64,000 nucleotides of DNA from Candidatus Zambryskiibacteriota bacterium (lineage in GTDB: Bacteria > Patescibacteriota > Minisyncoccia > Phycocordibacterales > WO2-35-19): positions 58,747-122,746 of the forward strand of contig JASNZL010000001.1 in NCBI GenBank assembly GCA_048499675.1, in the 5' to 3' direction. The position numbers and the translations under genes were made by a program. Below are positions 48,373 to 58,233 of this stretch, piece after piece. The notes under the pieces are model-generated. The model was not told the DNA's origin. It made no database searches and saw nothing but the letters and a program-made list of their open reading frames with translations. Position 1 is the stretch's first letter, and each line of letters opens with the position of its first letter.

Positions 48373-49590
48373 ATGGTGATATTAGGAATAGAAACGAGTT
48401 GCGACGAAACTGCAGTAAGTGTGGTAAGAGCAGAGGGAGATTTGGATTCTCTTAGTTTTGAGTTGCTTGGAAGTGCTATTAACAGCCAAATAGAGATGCA
48501 CAAGGAATTTGGTGGCGTAGTACCAAACATAGCCAAAAGAGAGCACCAAAAAAATTTGATTCCTGTGTTAATAAAAGCACTTAATGAATCAAATTTAATT
48601 TCTAATTTTCAATTTTCAATTTTCAATGAATTTTCAAATGCCAATGTAGATAATGTAGAAAAAACAAAGGAAGTAACTCCTATATCAGATTTTATCTCTA
48701 AGCTACAACCTCTGAGCTCTAAATTAGATTTAATTGCAGTGACAGTTGGACCAGGACTAGAACCAGCTCTTTGGACAGGTATAAAGTTTGCTGAAGAACT
48801 TGGTAAAGAACTCGGAGTTCCTGTGATTGGAACGAATCATATGGAGGGACATATAGCTTCGGTTTTGCTAAGCAAAACCGAAGTAAATACTAAATCCGAA
48901 TTACTAAATCCTAAACAAAACTTAAATTCCAAAAACCAAATCTTAAATAATAAAATACAGTTTCCGGCGATTGCGCTCTTGGTTTCAGGAGGACATACAG
49001 AACTTGTCTATTTAAAAAATTGGTCGGACAAAGAAAAGATAGGAGAGACAAAAGATGATGCAGTTGGCGAAGCTTTTGATAAAGTCGCGAGAATGCTTTC
49101 TCTTCCCTATCCAGGTGGCCCAGAAATTTCTAAACTAGCAGAGATAGCAAGAGATGAAAAATTGTATCTTGATACAAAATTCCCCCGCCCAATGATTAAT
49201 ACCAAGGATTTTAATTTTTCCTTTTCTGGTCTTAAAACCGCAGTTCTCTATTACATCAAAAATCAAAAAGAAATTACAGAGCAAAAGAAAAAAGAGATTG
49301 CGCGAGAATTTGAAGATGCGGTTATCGAAACACTTATAACAAAAACAAAGAGAGCCATTGAAGAATACTGCCCAAAAACTCTTATTGTAGGCGGTGGAGT
49401 AATAGCAAATAAACTACTCAGAAAAAAAATAAGTGAATTTGAGAATGAATATGGAGACCTTAGTGTAAAAATATCAGAAAAAAGTTTGGCGACAGATAAC
49501 GCAGTAATGATTGCAATTGCTGGCTACATACAATTCTTAACCAACAAAGACAAACTAGAATTAAAAGCAAACGGAAATCTAAACATCTAA
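48373..49590 (+). CDS. tsaD: tRNA N6-adenosine threonylcarbamoyltransferase TsaD (Kae1/Gcp family), with an insertion in the middle.
   Basis: N-terminal MVILGIETSCDETAVSVV. Family motifs VTVGPGLEPALWTG and LVSGGHTELV. C-terminal ANKLLRKK...DNAVMIAIAG. Confidence 0.8.
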   Translation: MVILGIETSCDETAVSVVRAEGDLDSLSFELLGSAINSQIEMHKEFGGVVPNIAKREHQKNLIPVLIKALNESNLISNFQFSIFNEFSNANVDNVEKTKEVTPISDFISKLQPLSSKLDLIAVTVGPGLEPALWTGIKFAEELGKELGVPVIGTNHMEGHIASVLLSKTEVNTKSELLNPKQNLNSKNQILNNKIQFPAIALLVSGGHTELVYLKNWSDKEKIGETKDDAVGEAFDKVARMLSLPYPGGPEISKLAEIARDEKLYLDTKFPRPMINTKDFNFSFSGLKTAVLYYIKNQKEITEQKKKEIAREFEDAVIETLITKTKRAIEEYCPKTLIVGGGVIANKLLRKKISEFENEYGDLSVKISEKSLATDNAVMIAIAGYIQFLTNKDKLELKANGNLNI

Positions 49591-49773
49591 CCAATCCCGT
49601 TTATCCAAGGGCTACCCTTGGATAAAAAATATATTGAAAAATAAGGAGAGAAATCTTCCAAGGGTAGCCCTTGGAAATTAGATAATTTAGTATAACAAAA
49701 ATCATTCTCTTTTTTGAGAATGATTTTTGTTATTTTGAGTATTATTTTGGATTCTGAATTCTGATTTTAATTT

Positions 49774-52700
49774 TTATTTTATCTCTCCTTCTGTCTCTTC
49801 TTCGCTTTCTATTATTATTTCTTCGTCCGGAAGTATTTCATTTTTTTTATTTTCCTTTTCTTCTGTTTTTGATGGGAGGATTATGAACGGAGCATTTGTT
49901 CCTGTCACTGGAGTAGCAGTACTAGATGCAATCTGTCTTGATTTATACCAAGCTCTTATTGCAATAACAATTAGTACCAAAACAATGATTGAGCTAATCA
50001 TAAGCTTACCATCTTCAAATACTCTTTGAGGGAAAGCGAAGACAGAGGCTGCAATGTTTCTCAGCATTGATTCGGTTCCAATAGTTGTACCGGTTGCAGT
50101 TTTAGAATCTTCCTCTATTTCTGTTTCTAAAGCAACAACTTTGTCCAAATCATTTCCTGCCATGTTTGAATTAATTAGGGCGCCACCTACTCCAGGACCA
50201 AACGGAGTATTGTATATGTCTTGACCGTAATTATTGATTATGTAATTCCTGAAAGCATCTATTTCTGATTGTTGTTCTGGGGTTAGAGTGATTATTGTAT
50301 TACAGTAGATTTCGTTTATTTTTTTCTTTGTTGTTATATAGACAAAACCAGTTGGAGCATCATGACCCCATGGAGCCAACACATCTGTAAAGTATTTATT
50401 CTGGAATCTACTTACAGCATCAAATGTAGCTTGATCGAAATCACCGTCTAGTGCCAAGTTTTCTTTTTCGAATATGTTTAAGAATGATTTTAATTTCAAC
50501 ATTTCAACCAAGTCATTTGTCCAGTCCCTTCTTAAATGATCTCTTAGGTACATACAGCTTGTGACACCCAATATTTCACCCTGAGGAGTAAGGAGGTCGC
50601 TTATATCTCTTCTCCTTCCACCTATAGAACCACCCCCTCCACCACCACCTGGAGGCGTTACTGGATTTACCGTGATTGTAGTAGTTGCGGTTGTTGTGGC
50701 ATTGTTTCCAAAACAATCAATAGTATATGTTGATGTTGAACCCGGATTTACTACAAAACTTCCTGAAGTTGCAGTATTGTTTGTCCAAACTGCACTGCAT
50801 TGTGTTGCATTAGTTGATGTCCAAGTTAGAGTACTTGAATTTCCGACTGTGATTGTACTTGGATTTGCAGTTAAAGTGACTGTTGGAGCAGGAGGTGTAG
50901 GTGGTAGCGGATTAACATTTACAGTTGTTGTAGCTGTCGTTGTCGCATTATTACCATAACAATTTATTACATAGTATGTTGTTGTTGCTGGTGATACAAC
51001 CAAACTTCCTGAAGTAGATGTAGACGTTGTCCAGACTGCACTACACTGTGTTGCGTTTGTTGATGTCCAAGTTAGAGTGCTTGTTGCACCTACATATATA
51101 GTATTTGGATTTGCAGTCAAAGTGACTGTTGGTTTTGTTGGTCCACCTCCTCCACCATTGTTTACAGTAACGGTAGTTGTTGCATAAGCTACCCCACCAT
51201 TACCTGTACAATTTATCACATACTCTGTTGTTGCATTTGGAGATACTACAAAACTTCCTGAAGTTGCAGTATTGTTTGTCCAAACTGCACTACATTGTGT
51301 TGCATTAGTTGATGTCCAAGTTAGAGTACTTGAATTTCCTAAAGTGATCGTACTTGGATTTGCAGAAAGAGTCACAGTAGGAGTTGGAGGAATTGGCAAA
51401 TCATTGTAAGTAACCAAAATCAACAATGTTCTATCCTTTCTTGAAGGTATTAATGTTATTTCTCCATCAGAATTGTCTCCACCCAATTCACTTCCATAAG
51501 CATAGAAATCTTCTAAGTCATTTACAGATATTGTAAACTGATCGTTATACAAAGCGTCATTCCATAAACTGCCCGATATTTCTAATTCTCCATATATATG
51601 ATTTACAACATCTAGATTATCAATTGTTACACAATCTGAATCATTTTGACCTAATATAAATTTAGCATTTGGATTAAATGTTTGTGAATTCCAGACTTTT
51701 GTAAATATAGTAGAAGAAAGAATATTAGTTGATGTAGCAAGTCTTATTGAAAACAAACCAGTTGGTAACCCATTTGAGGATGTGCTGATATTATTATTTG
51801 AATCAGCTATCATCAAACACATCTTTATTTTTCCTTTTTGGATTGTTGGCCCATTTGGAATTGATTGATTAGTTACATTAACAACTCTAGAAACACTTGC
51901 GCTTAATCCTCCAGAATCTGTGACTGTATAAACTAGTGTGTATGTTCCAGCCACATTTGTATTTACTGTGCCCGATACGGTAACCTGACTTGTCAAATCA
52001 CCATCTTCTATGTCGTTTGCAACAAAACCCGGCTCAATAAAAGTAGTTCCTGTATACATTGACAAAGGATTACTACCGATGAGTGTTATAGTTGGAGCTG
52101 TGTTTGTTGGCAAAGTACCACCTCCACCATTTCCACCAGATCCATTAGTACAAGTAGGATTATCTTGAACTATAAAAGACAATACATAAGGGACATTTGG
52201 GTATGTGTAAGGATTACTGTCTAATAGGACTGTTGGGTATTGCCCATACCAAGCATCGACTTGGTAAGCACAATTAGGTATATTTACTACCAATTCACTA
52301 TTAAGGACATTTTGTAGTTGCTCACCGTCATACAACTCTTGATTTGAAAGTTCACCATTTCCAAACATTTTGTAAGATGACAAGCTTATTGGCGCCAAAC
52401 AACCAGTATCATTATTTATTGTGAATACTGCCTGATTGTTATTTATAGATAAATTGTATGATATTTTACCCAAATCTACAGCTTGTTTGAATTCTGTGAC
52501 TGTAAGAGACGTTCCGTTGGCACAATATAATGTATTGTTGCTATTAAGGACATTTACAGTTCTTGAAGTAGTCGCTGTCAAATTACCCGAATCAGTAACT
52601 GAGTATATAAGTTTGTAACTACCAACGGTTGCGGTATCAACCTCACCAGATACGGAAATTATATGAGTTAAGTCTCCGTCTTCTACATCGTTTGCTGTAG

Positions 52701-54147
52701 CACCCGGATCTACAAATGTATCACCAGTATTTATATTAATAGGATTGTTTCCTATTAATGTGATGACTGGCTTATTATTAACACTTGGATTTGTTACATA
52801 TACTGTAACGTTTTGTTCTTCCACTCCAGCATCATTTGCACAACTGATTGTGTATGTTGTTGTAGTAGCTGGACTTAAAACAGATGTACCAGAAGTACTT
52901 GTTGAGGTTGTCCATGAAGCACTGCAATAAACTGCACTTGGCGCATCCCAAGTCAAAGTAGTAGTTCCACCTAAATTAATATTTTCCGGATTGGCAGTAA
53001 AGTTTATTGTAGGAAGAGTTGGTAAACCACAATTTATTCTATTTATTACTGAGTATTCCAACACGTGTGGAACATTTGGATACTCATAAGGATTATCATC
53101 AGAAAGAATAGTTGGATATTCACCGAACCACGCGTCTATTTGAGTTGAGCATGCTGGTATACTAATTTCCAAGCTCGCATTATTCCCAGCATTTACTAAT
53201 CCAGAACCAGCAAAAAATAACTGTTCTGAAAGAGCACCAGTACCATGCATCTCATAAGAAGATAAACTTATTGGTGCATTACATCCTGTATTATTATTTA
53301 GATTAAAAGTTGCTTTATTAGTTACTTCATCTACAACAAGAGAATAAGATATTGCTCCACTATCTCTTGCGCTAACAAATTCTTGAATAGTTAAATTATA
53401 ACCATCTGCACAATAGTTATTTCTATTTCCATTACCACCAGGATCTACTGGGTCTATAGGATCTACTGGATCTACTGGATCTGTGGGATCTACAGGGTCC
53501 GAATCATCAAGAACAACATAAACTGTTCTGTGTGCAGTATGACTAAGTCCACCTGAATCAGTAGCAGTGTAGGATAGTATATATGTTCCAACTGTGTTTG
53601 TATCAACACTACCCGACACAACAACATTGAATGACATATTGTTATCCTCGTTATCAAAAACTGATGTGCCTGGGTCCTCAAAAGTTGAACCCACAACCAA
53701 ATACATAGGATTATCACCAAGTATATTTACAGTAGGAGGTGTATTGATTATAAGAGGTTCACCATAGTGTCCCCTTTCTCCATTATCTAATTTACAACTA
53801 CTTGTATCACAAGGACCTTCCAAATCTTCAATCACACAGCTTCCCCACTCTATACTCCAACCTGTTGGGGTGCATGAATATGATACCGCCTCGGTGCATC
53901 TCTGTACTTGAGTCTGACACCACATACTTCCTGTATAACCCGTATCACATGCTTTGTATTCACCAAGAGCGGTAGTAGTTTGTGTAGGCATTTCTATACC
54001 TTGGCAAACTCCCGAGCTCGCATCATTCGCAACAACAAAATCTGCCGAAAAGGAAAAGAATGCAAATGAAAAAACAAATACAAAAAATAGAATTTGCATT
54101 GCATTTTTTAGGCCCAAATTATTCTTTCTGTTGGTTAGTAAAAACAT
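49774..54147 (-). CDS. Giant cell-surface protein (1457 aa) with multiple Ig-like domains, a C-terminal TM anchor and a peptidoglycan-binding-like domain.
   Basis: Signal peptide. Three repeats of the GDNP...TF.DPG..A.D.EDGDLT..V.VSG.VDT..VG.Y.L.Y..TDSGGL...R.V.V type (DUF5011-like Ig). Four repeats of T(V/I)TLTANP.TI..G..STLTW.STNAT.CSA.WT. Hydrophobic LMISSIIVLVLIVIAI near the C-terminus. Confidence 0.65.
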   Translation of the reverse strand: MFLLTNRKNNLGLKNAMQILFFVFVFSFAFFSFSADFVVANDASSGVCQGIEMPTQTTTALGEYKACDTGYTGSMWCQTQVQRCTEAVSYSCTPTGWSIEWGSCVIEDLEGPCDTSSCKLDNGERGHYGEPLIINTPPTVNILGDNPMYLVVGSTFEDPGTSVFDNEDNNMSFNVVVSGSVDTNTVGTYILSYTATDSGGLSHTAHRTVYVVLDDSDPVDPTDPVDPVDPIDPVDPGGNGNRNNYCADGYNLTIQEFVSARDSGAISYSLVVDEVTNKATFNLNNNTGCNAPISLSSYEMHGTGALSEQLFFAGSGLVNAGNNASLEISIPACSTQIDAWFGEYPTILSDDNPYEYPNVPHVLEYSVINRINCGLPTLPTINFTANPENINLGGTTTLTWDAPSAVYCSASWTTSTSTSGTSVLSPATTTTYTISCANDAGVEEQNVTVYVTNPSVNNKPVITLIGNNPININTGDTFVDPGATANDVEDGDLTHIISVSGEVDTATVGSYKLIYSVTDSGNLTATTSRTVNVLNSNNTLYCANGTSLTVTEFKQAVDLGKISYNLSINNNQAVFTINNDTGCLAPISLSSYKMFGNGELSNQELYDGEQLQNVLNSELVVNIPNCAYQVDAWYGQYPTVLLDSNPYTYPNVPYVLSFIVQDNPTCTNGSGGNGGGGTLPTNTAPTITLIGSNPLSMYTGTTFIEPGFVANDIEDGDLTSQVTVSGTVNTNVAGTYTLVYTVTDSGGLSASVSRVVNVTNQSIPNGPTIQKGKIKMCLMIADSNNNISTSSNGLPTGLFSIRLATSTNILSSTIFTKVWNSQTFNPNAKFILGQNDSDCVTIDNLDVVNHIYGELEISGSLWNDALYNDQFTISVNDLEDFYAYGSELGGDNSDGEITLIPSRKDRTLLILVTYNDLPIPPTPTVTLSANPSTITLGNSSTLTWTSTNATQCSAVWTNNTATSGSFVVSPNATTEYVINCTGNGGVAYATTTVTVNNGGGGGPTKPTVTLTANPNTIYVGATSTLTWTSTNATQCSAVWTTSTSTSGSLVVSPATTTYYVINCYGNNATTTATTTVNVNPLPPTPPAPTVTLTANPSTITVGNSSTLTWTSTNATQCSAVWTNNTATSGSFVVNPGSTSTYTIDCFGNNATTTATTTITVNPVTPPGGGGGGGSIGGRRRDISDLLTPQGEILGVTSCMYLRDHLRRDWTNDLVEMLKLKSFLNIFEKENLALDGDFDQATFDAVSRFQNKYFTDVLAPWGHDAPTGFVYITTKKKINEIYCNTIITLTPEQQSEIDAFRNYIINNYGQDIYNTPFGPGVGGALINSNMAGNDLDKVVALETEIEEDSKTATGTTIGTESMLRNIAASVFAFPQRVFEDGKLMISSIIVLVLIVIAIRAWYKSRQIASSTATPVTGTNAPFIILPSKTEEKENKKNEILPDEEIIIESEEETEGEIK

Positions 54148-54151
54148 GTTT

Positions 54152-54195
54152 TTCTCTTATTAATTATTTATTAATTATTTATTAATTATTTATTA
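54152..54195. repeat. 11-bp tandem repeat (attaattattt)x4 immediately upstream of the giant-protein start codon.
   Basis: ttaattatttattaattatttattaattatttattaattta, read directly. Confidence 0.7.
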
Positions 54196-54441
54196 ATTTA
54201 TATTTAAGTATACTAGCGTCTTTCCTAATTGTCAATAGCATCATTAAAAGTTGCTAATGAAAATCTCCTTATTTGTAGCCATTTTATATTTTTTGTCCTT
54301 TTGAAGATTACAATGTCCTTTACAAAACTATTAAGTCTTTAAAATAAATCATTTTTTATATAAGACATTTTGTATTCTACTTTTTGTCCTAGAACTAACA
54401 CTGCCCTATATTTTAAAAATGAACAAAAATGAAGTATTATT

Positions 54442-55173
54442 ATGTTATATATTATGGATTCGTATTCAACCCTAGTTTACTCTCTTGCTGGCGGGATATT
54501 ACCCGCTCTTTTGTGGCTCTGGTTTTGGTTAAGAGAAGACAGAAAATCCCCAGAACCCAAATCTAGAATTGCTATAGCTTTTATGAGTGGCGCTCTTGCT
54601 GTATGGCCCGCGATTCTAATAGAAAGATACCTGTGTAATATTTTGGATTCAAATATTTGTAGCGAGGGACTTATTCCTAGTTTTATACTCATATTACTGT
54701 GGGCAACTACTGAAGAAATATTCAAATACATTGCAGGATTCTTTAGCTCTTTTTATAAAAACAAGCATTACAACGAACCGATTGATGCCACTATATATAT
54801 GATTACGGTGGCTCTTGGTTTTTCTGCACTAGAGAATGCTTTGTTTATTTCTAACTTAATAGATCAAGGGTTGATACCTCATAGTATAATTACTGGAAAT
54901 TCCAGATTCCTAGGAGCGACACTTCTCCATGTTGCGTCTTCTGCCTCAATTGGAGTAATGATGGGTCTTTCTTATTACAAGAGCGTTATTCAAAAAAAGA
55001 TATTCTTATTAACAGGAATTGCAATATCTATAGTCTTGCATACGATATTTAATTTACTTATAATAAAGATTGAGACAAACATATTTTTTGTATTTGCGGG
55101 GGTATGGCTTCTTGTGGTTACCCTAATAGCCTTAATCCAAAAAATTAAATCAATTAAATCAAAATCAACTTAA
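54442..55173 (+). CDS. PrsW-family intramembrane metalloprotease-like protein.
   Basis: Multi-TM. ATTEEIFKYIAGF (EExxK) plus FSALENALFI and HVASSASIGVMMG match PrsW-type conserved motifs. Confidence 0.5.
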   Translation: MLYIMDSYSTLVYSLAGGILPALLWLWFWLREDRKSPEPKSRIAIAFMSGALAVWPAILIERYLCNILDSNICSEGLIPSFILILLWATTEEIFKYIAGFFSSFYKNKHYNEPIDATIYMITVALGFSALENALFISNLIDQGLIPHSIITGNSRFLGATLLHVASSASIGVMMGLSYYKSVIQKKIFLLTGIAISIVLHTIFNLLIIKIETNIFFVFAGVWLLVVTLIALIQKIKSIKSKST

Positions 55174-55196
55174 TAATTTATGATTAATTTATAAAA

Positions 55197-55646
55197 ATGG
55201 GAAGAGATAAAAGATCATTTTTTGAAAAACTAACCGGATCGGTTTCTTTGCCCGACGAGATAGAAGAAACAACAGAAGTAGTGCCAAATAATTCTTGGAT
55301 TGACCAAACCCCAGAAGAAGGAGAGCTTTCTGTAGATGTGTACCAAAATCAAAACGATATTGTTATTAAGACTATGGTTGCTGGAGTTAAACCAGAAGAT
55401 TTGGATGTTTCTATTTCGCGCGACATGGTTACCATAAAAGGCAAGAGAGAAAGCGAGAGAACTGTAGCTGACGACGACTACTTCCACAAAGAATTATACT
55501 GGGGCACCTTTTCTAGAACTATAGTTTTGCCGGAAGAAATAGACGTTGACTCCGCTGAAGCCGTAGAGAAACACGGACTTCTTATAATCAGACTTCCAAA
55601 ACTCGACAAAAACCGCTCCACCCGACTCAAAGTTAGAGGAAATTAA
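55197..55646 (+). CDS. Hsp20/alpha-crystallin family small heat-shock protein.
   Basis: ELSVDVYQNQNDIVIKTMVAGVKPEDLDVSISRDMVTIKGKRE...FSRTIVLPEEIDVDSAEAVEKHGLLIIRLPK is a typical ACD. Confidence 0.7.
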   Translation: MGRDKRSFFEKLTGSVSLPDEIEETTEVVPNNSWIDQTPEEGELSVDVYQNQNDIVIKTMVAGVKPEDLDVSISRDMVTIKGKRESERTVADDDYFHKELYWGTFSRTIVLPEEIDVDSAEAVEKHGLLIIRLPKLDKNRSTRLKVRGN

Positions 55647-55694
55647 AATATATCTAGATTCAAATAGTCTTCTCAAAAATCTTATTTTGGGAGA

Positions 55695-56810
55695 TTATTT
55701 GTGATGTGCGCCAACAGCCTGACTAATATTTTTAAACCCATCTTTTTTTAACAAATCAACGATTCCTTTATTAATTTCCCCAATAAGGTTGGGGCCTTCA
55801 AATACCATCCCCGTTATCAACTCAACTAGAATTGCGCCTCTTTTTATTTTCTCATAAGCGTCCTTTGCATTAAATATTCCACCCACCCCGATTATTTTTA
55901 TTTTGTTACCATAATTCTGGTAAGTTTTAGATATTAATTCATTGGAAATATCGTGTACTGGTTTACCACTTAAATTACCTTTAACATCTGAACTTAGCTC
56001 GTCTTCTGGCTTAACACTTTTCCTATCCTTATTTAAATTCGATATAACTAGAGCATTTACACCAAAATCAATAGCAACGTCTACAAGACTTCTAAATTCT
56101 TGCCATTCCAAATTTAATGGCATTTTCAAAAAAACTGGCTTTTTGATTGATAGCGAATACAGTTTTGTTAAAAGCAATTTCAAATCAGATGGGTTTGTGA
56201 AAGGTTCTCCACCAAATGTATTAGGACAAGATATGTTTATTTCATATATGTCACCGATATCACTTTTTACAAACTCATTTAAACAATTAAAATAGTCCTC
56301 TATTCCGTCTTCTAATTTGCTTGTTTCTAATGAGTTTGTCCTACCAATTGAAATAACTTGTGGTATCGTCTTTCTTGTATTTTTTAAACGCTCAATTATT
56401 TTTTGAGCACCTTCATTCTTAAGACCATAATTCACTAATAAAGAGCCTGAATTTATTAGTCTTTTTAATCTTGGTTTAGGATTGCCCCCATAAGGTTTGT
56501 ACGTAACAGTCCCAACTTCTGCAAAACCAAAACCAACTGATTCCATAATTCCATGCACCTTGCCATCTTTATCAAAACCAGCCGATAGTCCAACTGGATT
56601 TATAAAATCAATCCCCCATAAATTTTGATTCAGAATCTCGTCTTTGTAAGAAAATACTTTTTTTGTTATAAATTTTGTTATTTTACATTTTCCCAAAAAC
56701 CAACCCAGATTCATAAATCTGTCGTGAACAAATTCGGGATCAAACTTAAACAAAATAGGTTTGATTATACTTTTGTAGGAAAAACCACTTAACTTTGAAA
56801 TTAATTGCAT
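55695..56810 (-). CDS. pyrD: Dihydroorotate dehydrogenase (class 2, quinone-dependent).
   Basis: FDPEFVHDRFMNLG, NPVGLSAGFDKDG, NISCPNTFGGEPF, IGVGGIFNAKDAYEKIKRGA. Confidence 0.75.
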   Translation of the reverse strand: MQLISKLSGFSYKSIIKPILFKFDPEFVHDRFMNLGWFLGKCKITKFITKKVFSYKDEILNQNLWGIDFINPVGLSAGFDKDGKVHGIMESVGFGFAEVGTVTYKPYGGNPKPRLKRLINSGSLLVNYGLKNEGAQKIIERLKNTRKTIPQVISIGRTNSLETSKLEDGIEDYFNCLNEFVKSDIGDIYEINISCPNTFGGEPFTNPSDLKLLLTKLYSLSIKKPVFLKMPLNLEWQEFRSLVDVAIDFGVNALVISNLNKDRKSVKPEDELSSDVKGNLSGKPVHDISNELISKTYQNYGNKIKIIGVGGIFNAKDAYEKIKRGAILVELITGMVFEGPNLIGEINKGIVDLLKKDGFKNISQAVGAHHK

Positions 56811-56847
56811 TTGTAACTAAATATAACATTCTCCTCATACTATATGC

Positions 56848-57063
56848 AAAACCCCGCATACGCGGGGTTAGTTGTGCCAAAGCGCAGGGCTCGGTGTCAG
56901 CTCACATCAATATTTTACTTCGCTATGCTTGTAAAATATTGTGTGGCTCCTACCCGGGCTCGCCTGTCGCAATGCGACATGGCTCCGCCTTTCGAGCCCG
57001 CACAAGAGCAAAGCAGTTTGCTCTTTCCCTCGTCACAAAACCCCGCATACGCGGGGTTAGTTG
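56848..57063. repeat. tRNA-Phe-associated unit. Terminator hairpin plus the tRNA 3'-end copy is duplicated (56848..56880 and 57036..57068), flanking ~150 bp that contains the conserved GC-rich motif.
   Basis: aaaaccccgcatacgcggggttagttgtgcc occurs twice. The intervening sequence (minus sense) reads ...cgaaaggcggagccatgtcgcattgcgacaggcgagcccgggtagg, homologous to the right arm of the tRNA-Leu element. Confidence 0.7.
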
Positions 57064-57137
57064 TGCCGAGGGGCGGGCTCGAACCGCCGACCTATCGCTC
57101 TTCAGGCGAGCGCTCTAGCCAACTGAGCTACCTCGGC
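57064..57137 (-). tRNA. tRNA-Phe (anticodon GAA).
   Basis: Reverse complement reads GCCGAGGTAGCTCAGTTGGCTAGAGCGCTCGCCTGAAGAGCGATAGGTCGGCGGTTCGAGCCCGCCCCTCGGCA. Anticodon loop CTGAAGA. Confidence 0.7.
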
Positions 57138-57461
57138 AATATTATATTTTTACCAAAATTTTCGACCTATGTCACGGATATTTTTCTACTGAAAAATTCC
57201 GCGATTCTTACATAATCTGTACACCTTTCGCATCTTACAGATGCTCAAGGTCTTGCAAAGCTCCAAGCTTTCGCTTTTCACCCACCTCGCGCCGTCGCGC
57301 TCCGGTCTTGCGCTTGGGTCCCAACCCAAGCTCACTCTTCAAGGGAATGCTCTACCAAAGCCGACGCTTACGGTCGGCTCCCCGACCTCCGACTGCATAG
57401 CAGATCGGAGCGTCGGGGCTGAGCTACCTCGGCATTATTCTTACCGAATGAATATAGCAAA

Positions 57462-57713
57462 TTAATTGCTCTTAAACAAATCTCCTATCCCTTGAAAATC
57501 CATTTTGACTGAATCATATGCTGTTTTTAAACTTTCTAGGTATGGCTCTATATAATAATAAAGGCCAATAGCTGCACCAATTATTACCACCCAATAGACA
57601 ATTCTAAATATCCTCCCAATCAACAAGTGCCGTTTTATGGAGTGCAACATTTTATTATTCTCTTGAGATAACTCAAGCGCTTTTTTTAACATTTCTCTCT
57701 CTTCTGGTTGCAT
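57462..57713 (-). CDS. Hypothetical small membrane protein.
   Basis: 83 aa with one TM helix (IVYWVVIIGAAIGLYYYI). Confidence 0.25.
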   Translation of the reverse strand: MQPEEREMLKKALELSQENNKMLHSIKRHLLIGRIFRIVYWVVIIGAAIGLYYYIEPYLESLKTAYDSVKMDFQGIGDLFKSN

Positions 57714-57922
57714 CCCGTAGTGAAAAATGGCATAGCTTTTAAAAAGCTAAACTCACTTTTGTATTAAATATTTTATTAAACTCGACTATAACCATTGTCT
57801 ATATACTATATCACAAACATTTTAATGCCACTTTCTACTACAGGAGCATCTAAAAACCCACTAATCTAGTATTGCATACTAATCTTAACGAATACATACA
57901 ATAAAAAATTAAGAGATAAAAA

Positions 57923-58156
57923 CTATAGTCCAAGTAATGAGTTTATTCTTGGTTGATCAAAACCAATAATAATCTCGTCACCAATAATTATCACAGGCAC
58001 ACCCATCTGACCTGTCCTATTCAACATTTCCTGTCTTTTTTCTAAATCCTCCATTACATTATAATCTGTATATTTAACACCTTTCTCGTCAAAATAATCT
58101 TTGGCCATGTGGCAAAAATGACAAGTAGGAGTTGAGTATATTGTTACTTCTTTCAT
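57923..58156 (-). CDS. Glutaredoxin-like protein (NrdH/Grx family).
   Basis: 77 aa. YSTPTCHFCHMAKDYF contains the CxxC active site. GVPVIIIGDEIIIGFD. Confidence 0.65.
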   Translation of the reverse strand: MKEVTIYSTPTCHFCHMAKDYFDEKGVKYTDYNVMEDLEKRQEMLNRTGQMGVPVIIIGDEIIIGFDQPRINSLLGL

Positions 58157-58233
58157 ATTTTTGTTTAATTATTTCTCAAATCAAAACATGTACCCGTTAT
58201 GCACATATTTTAATAATTATATGTCTATTAATT

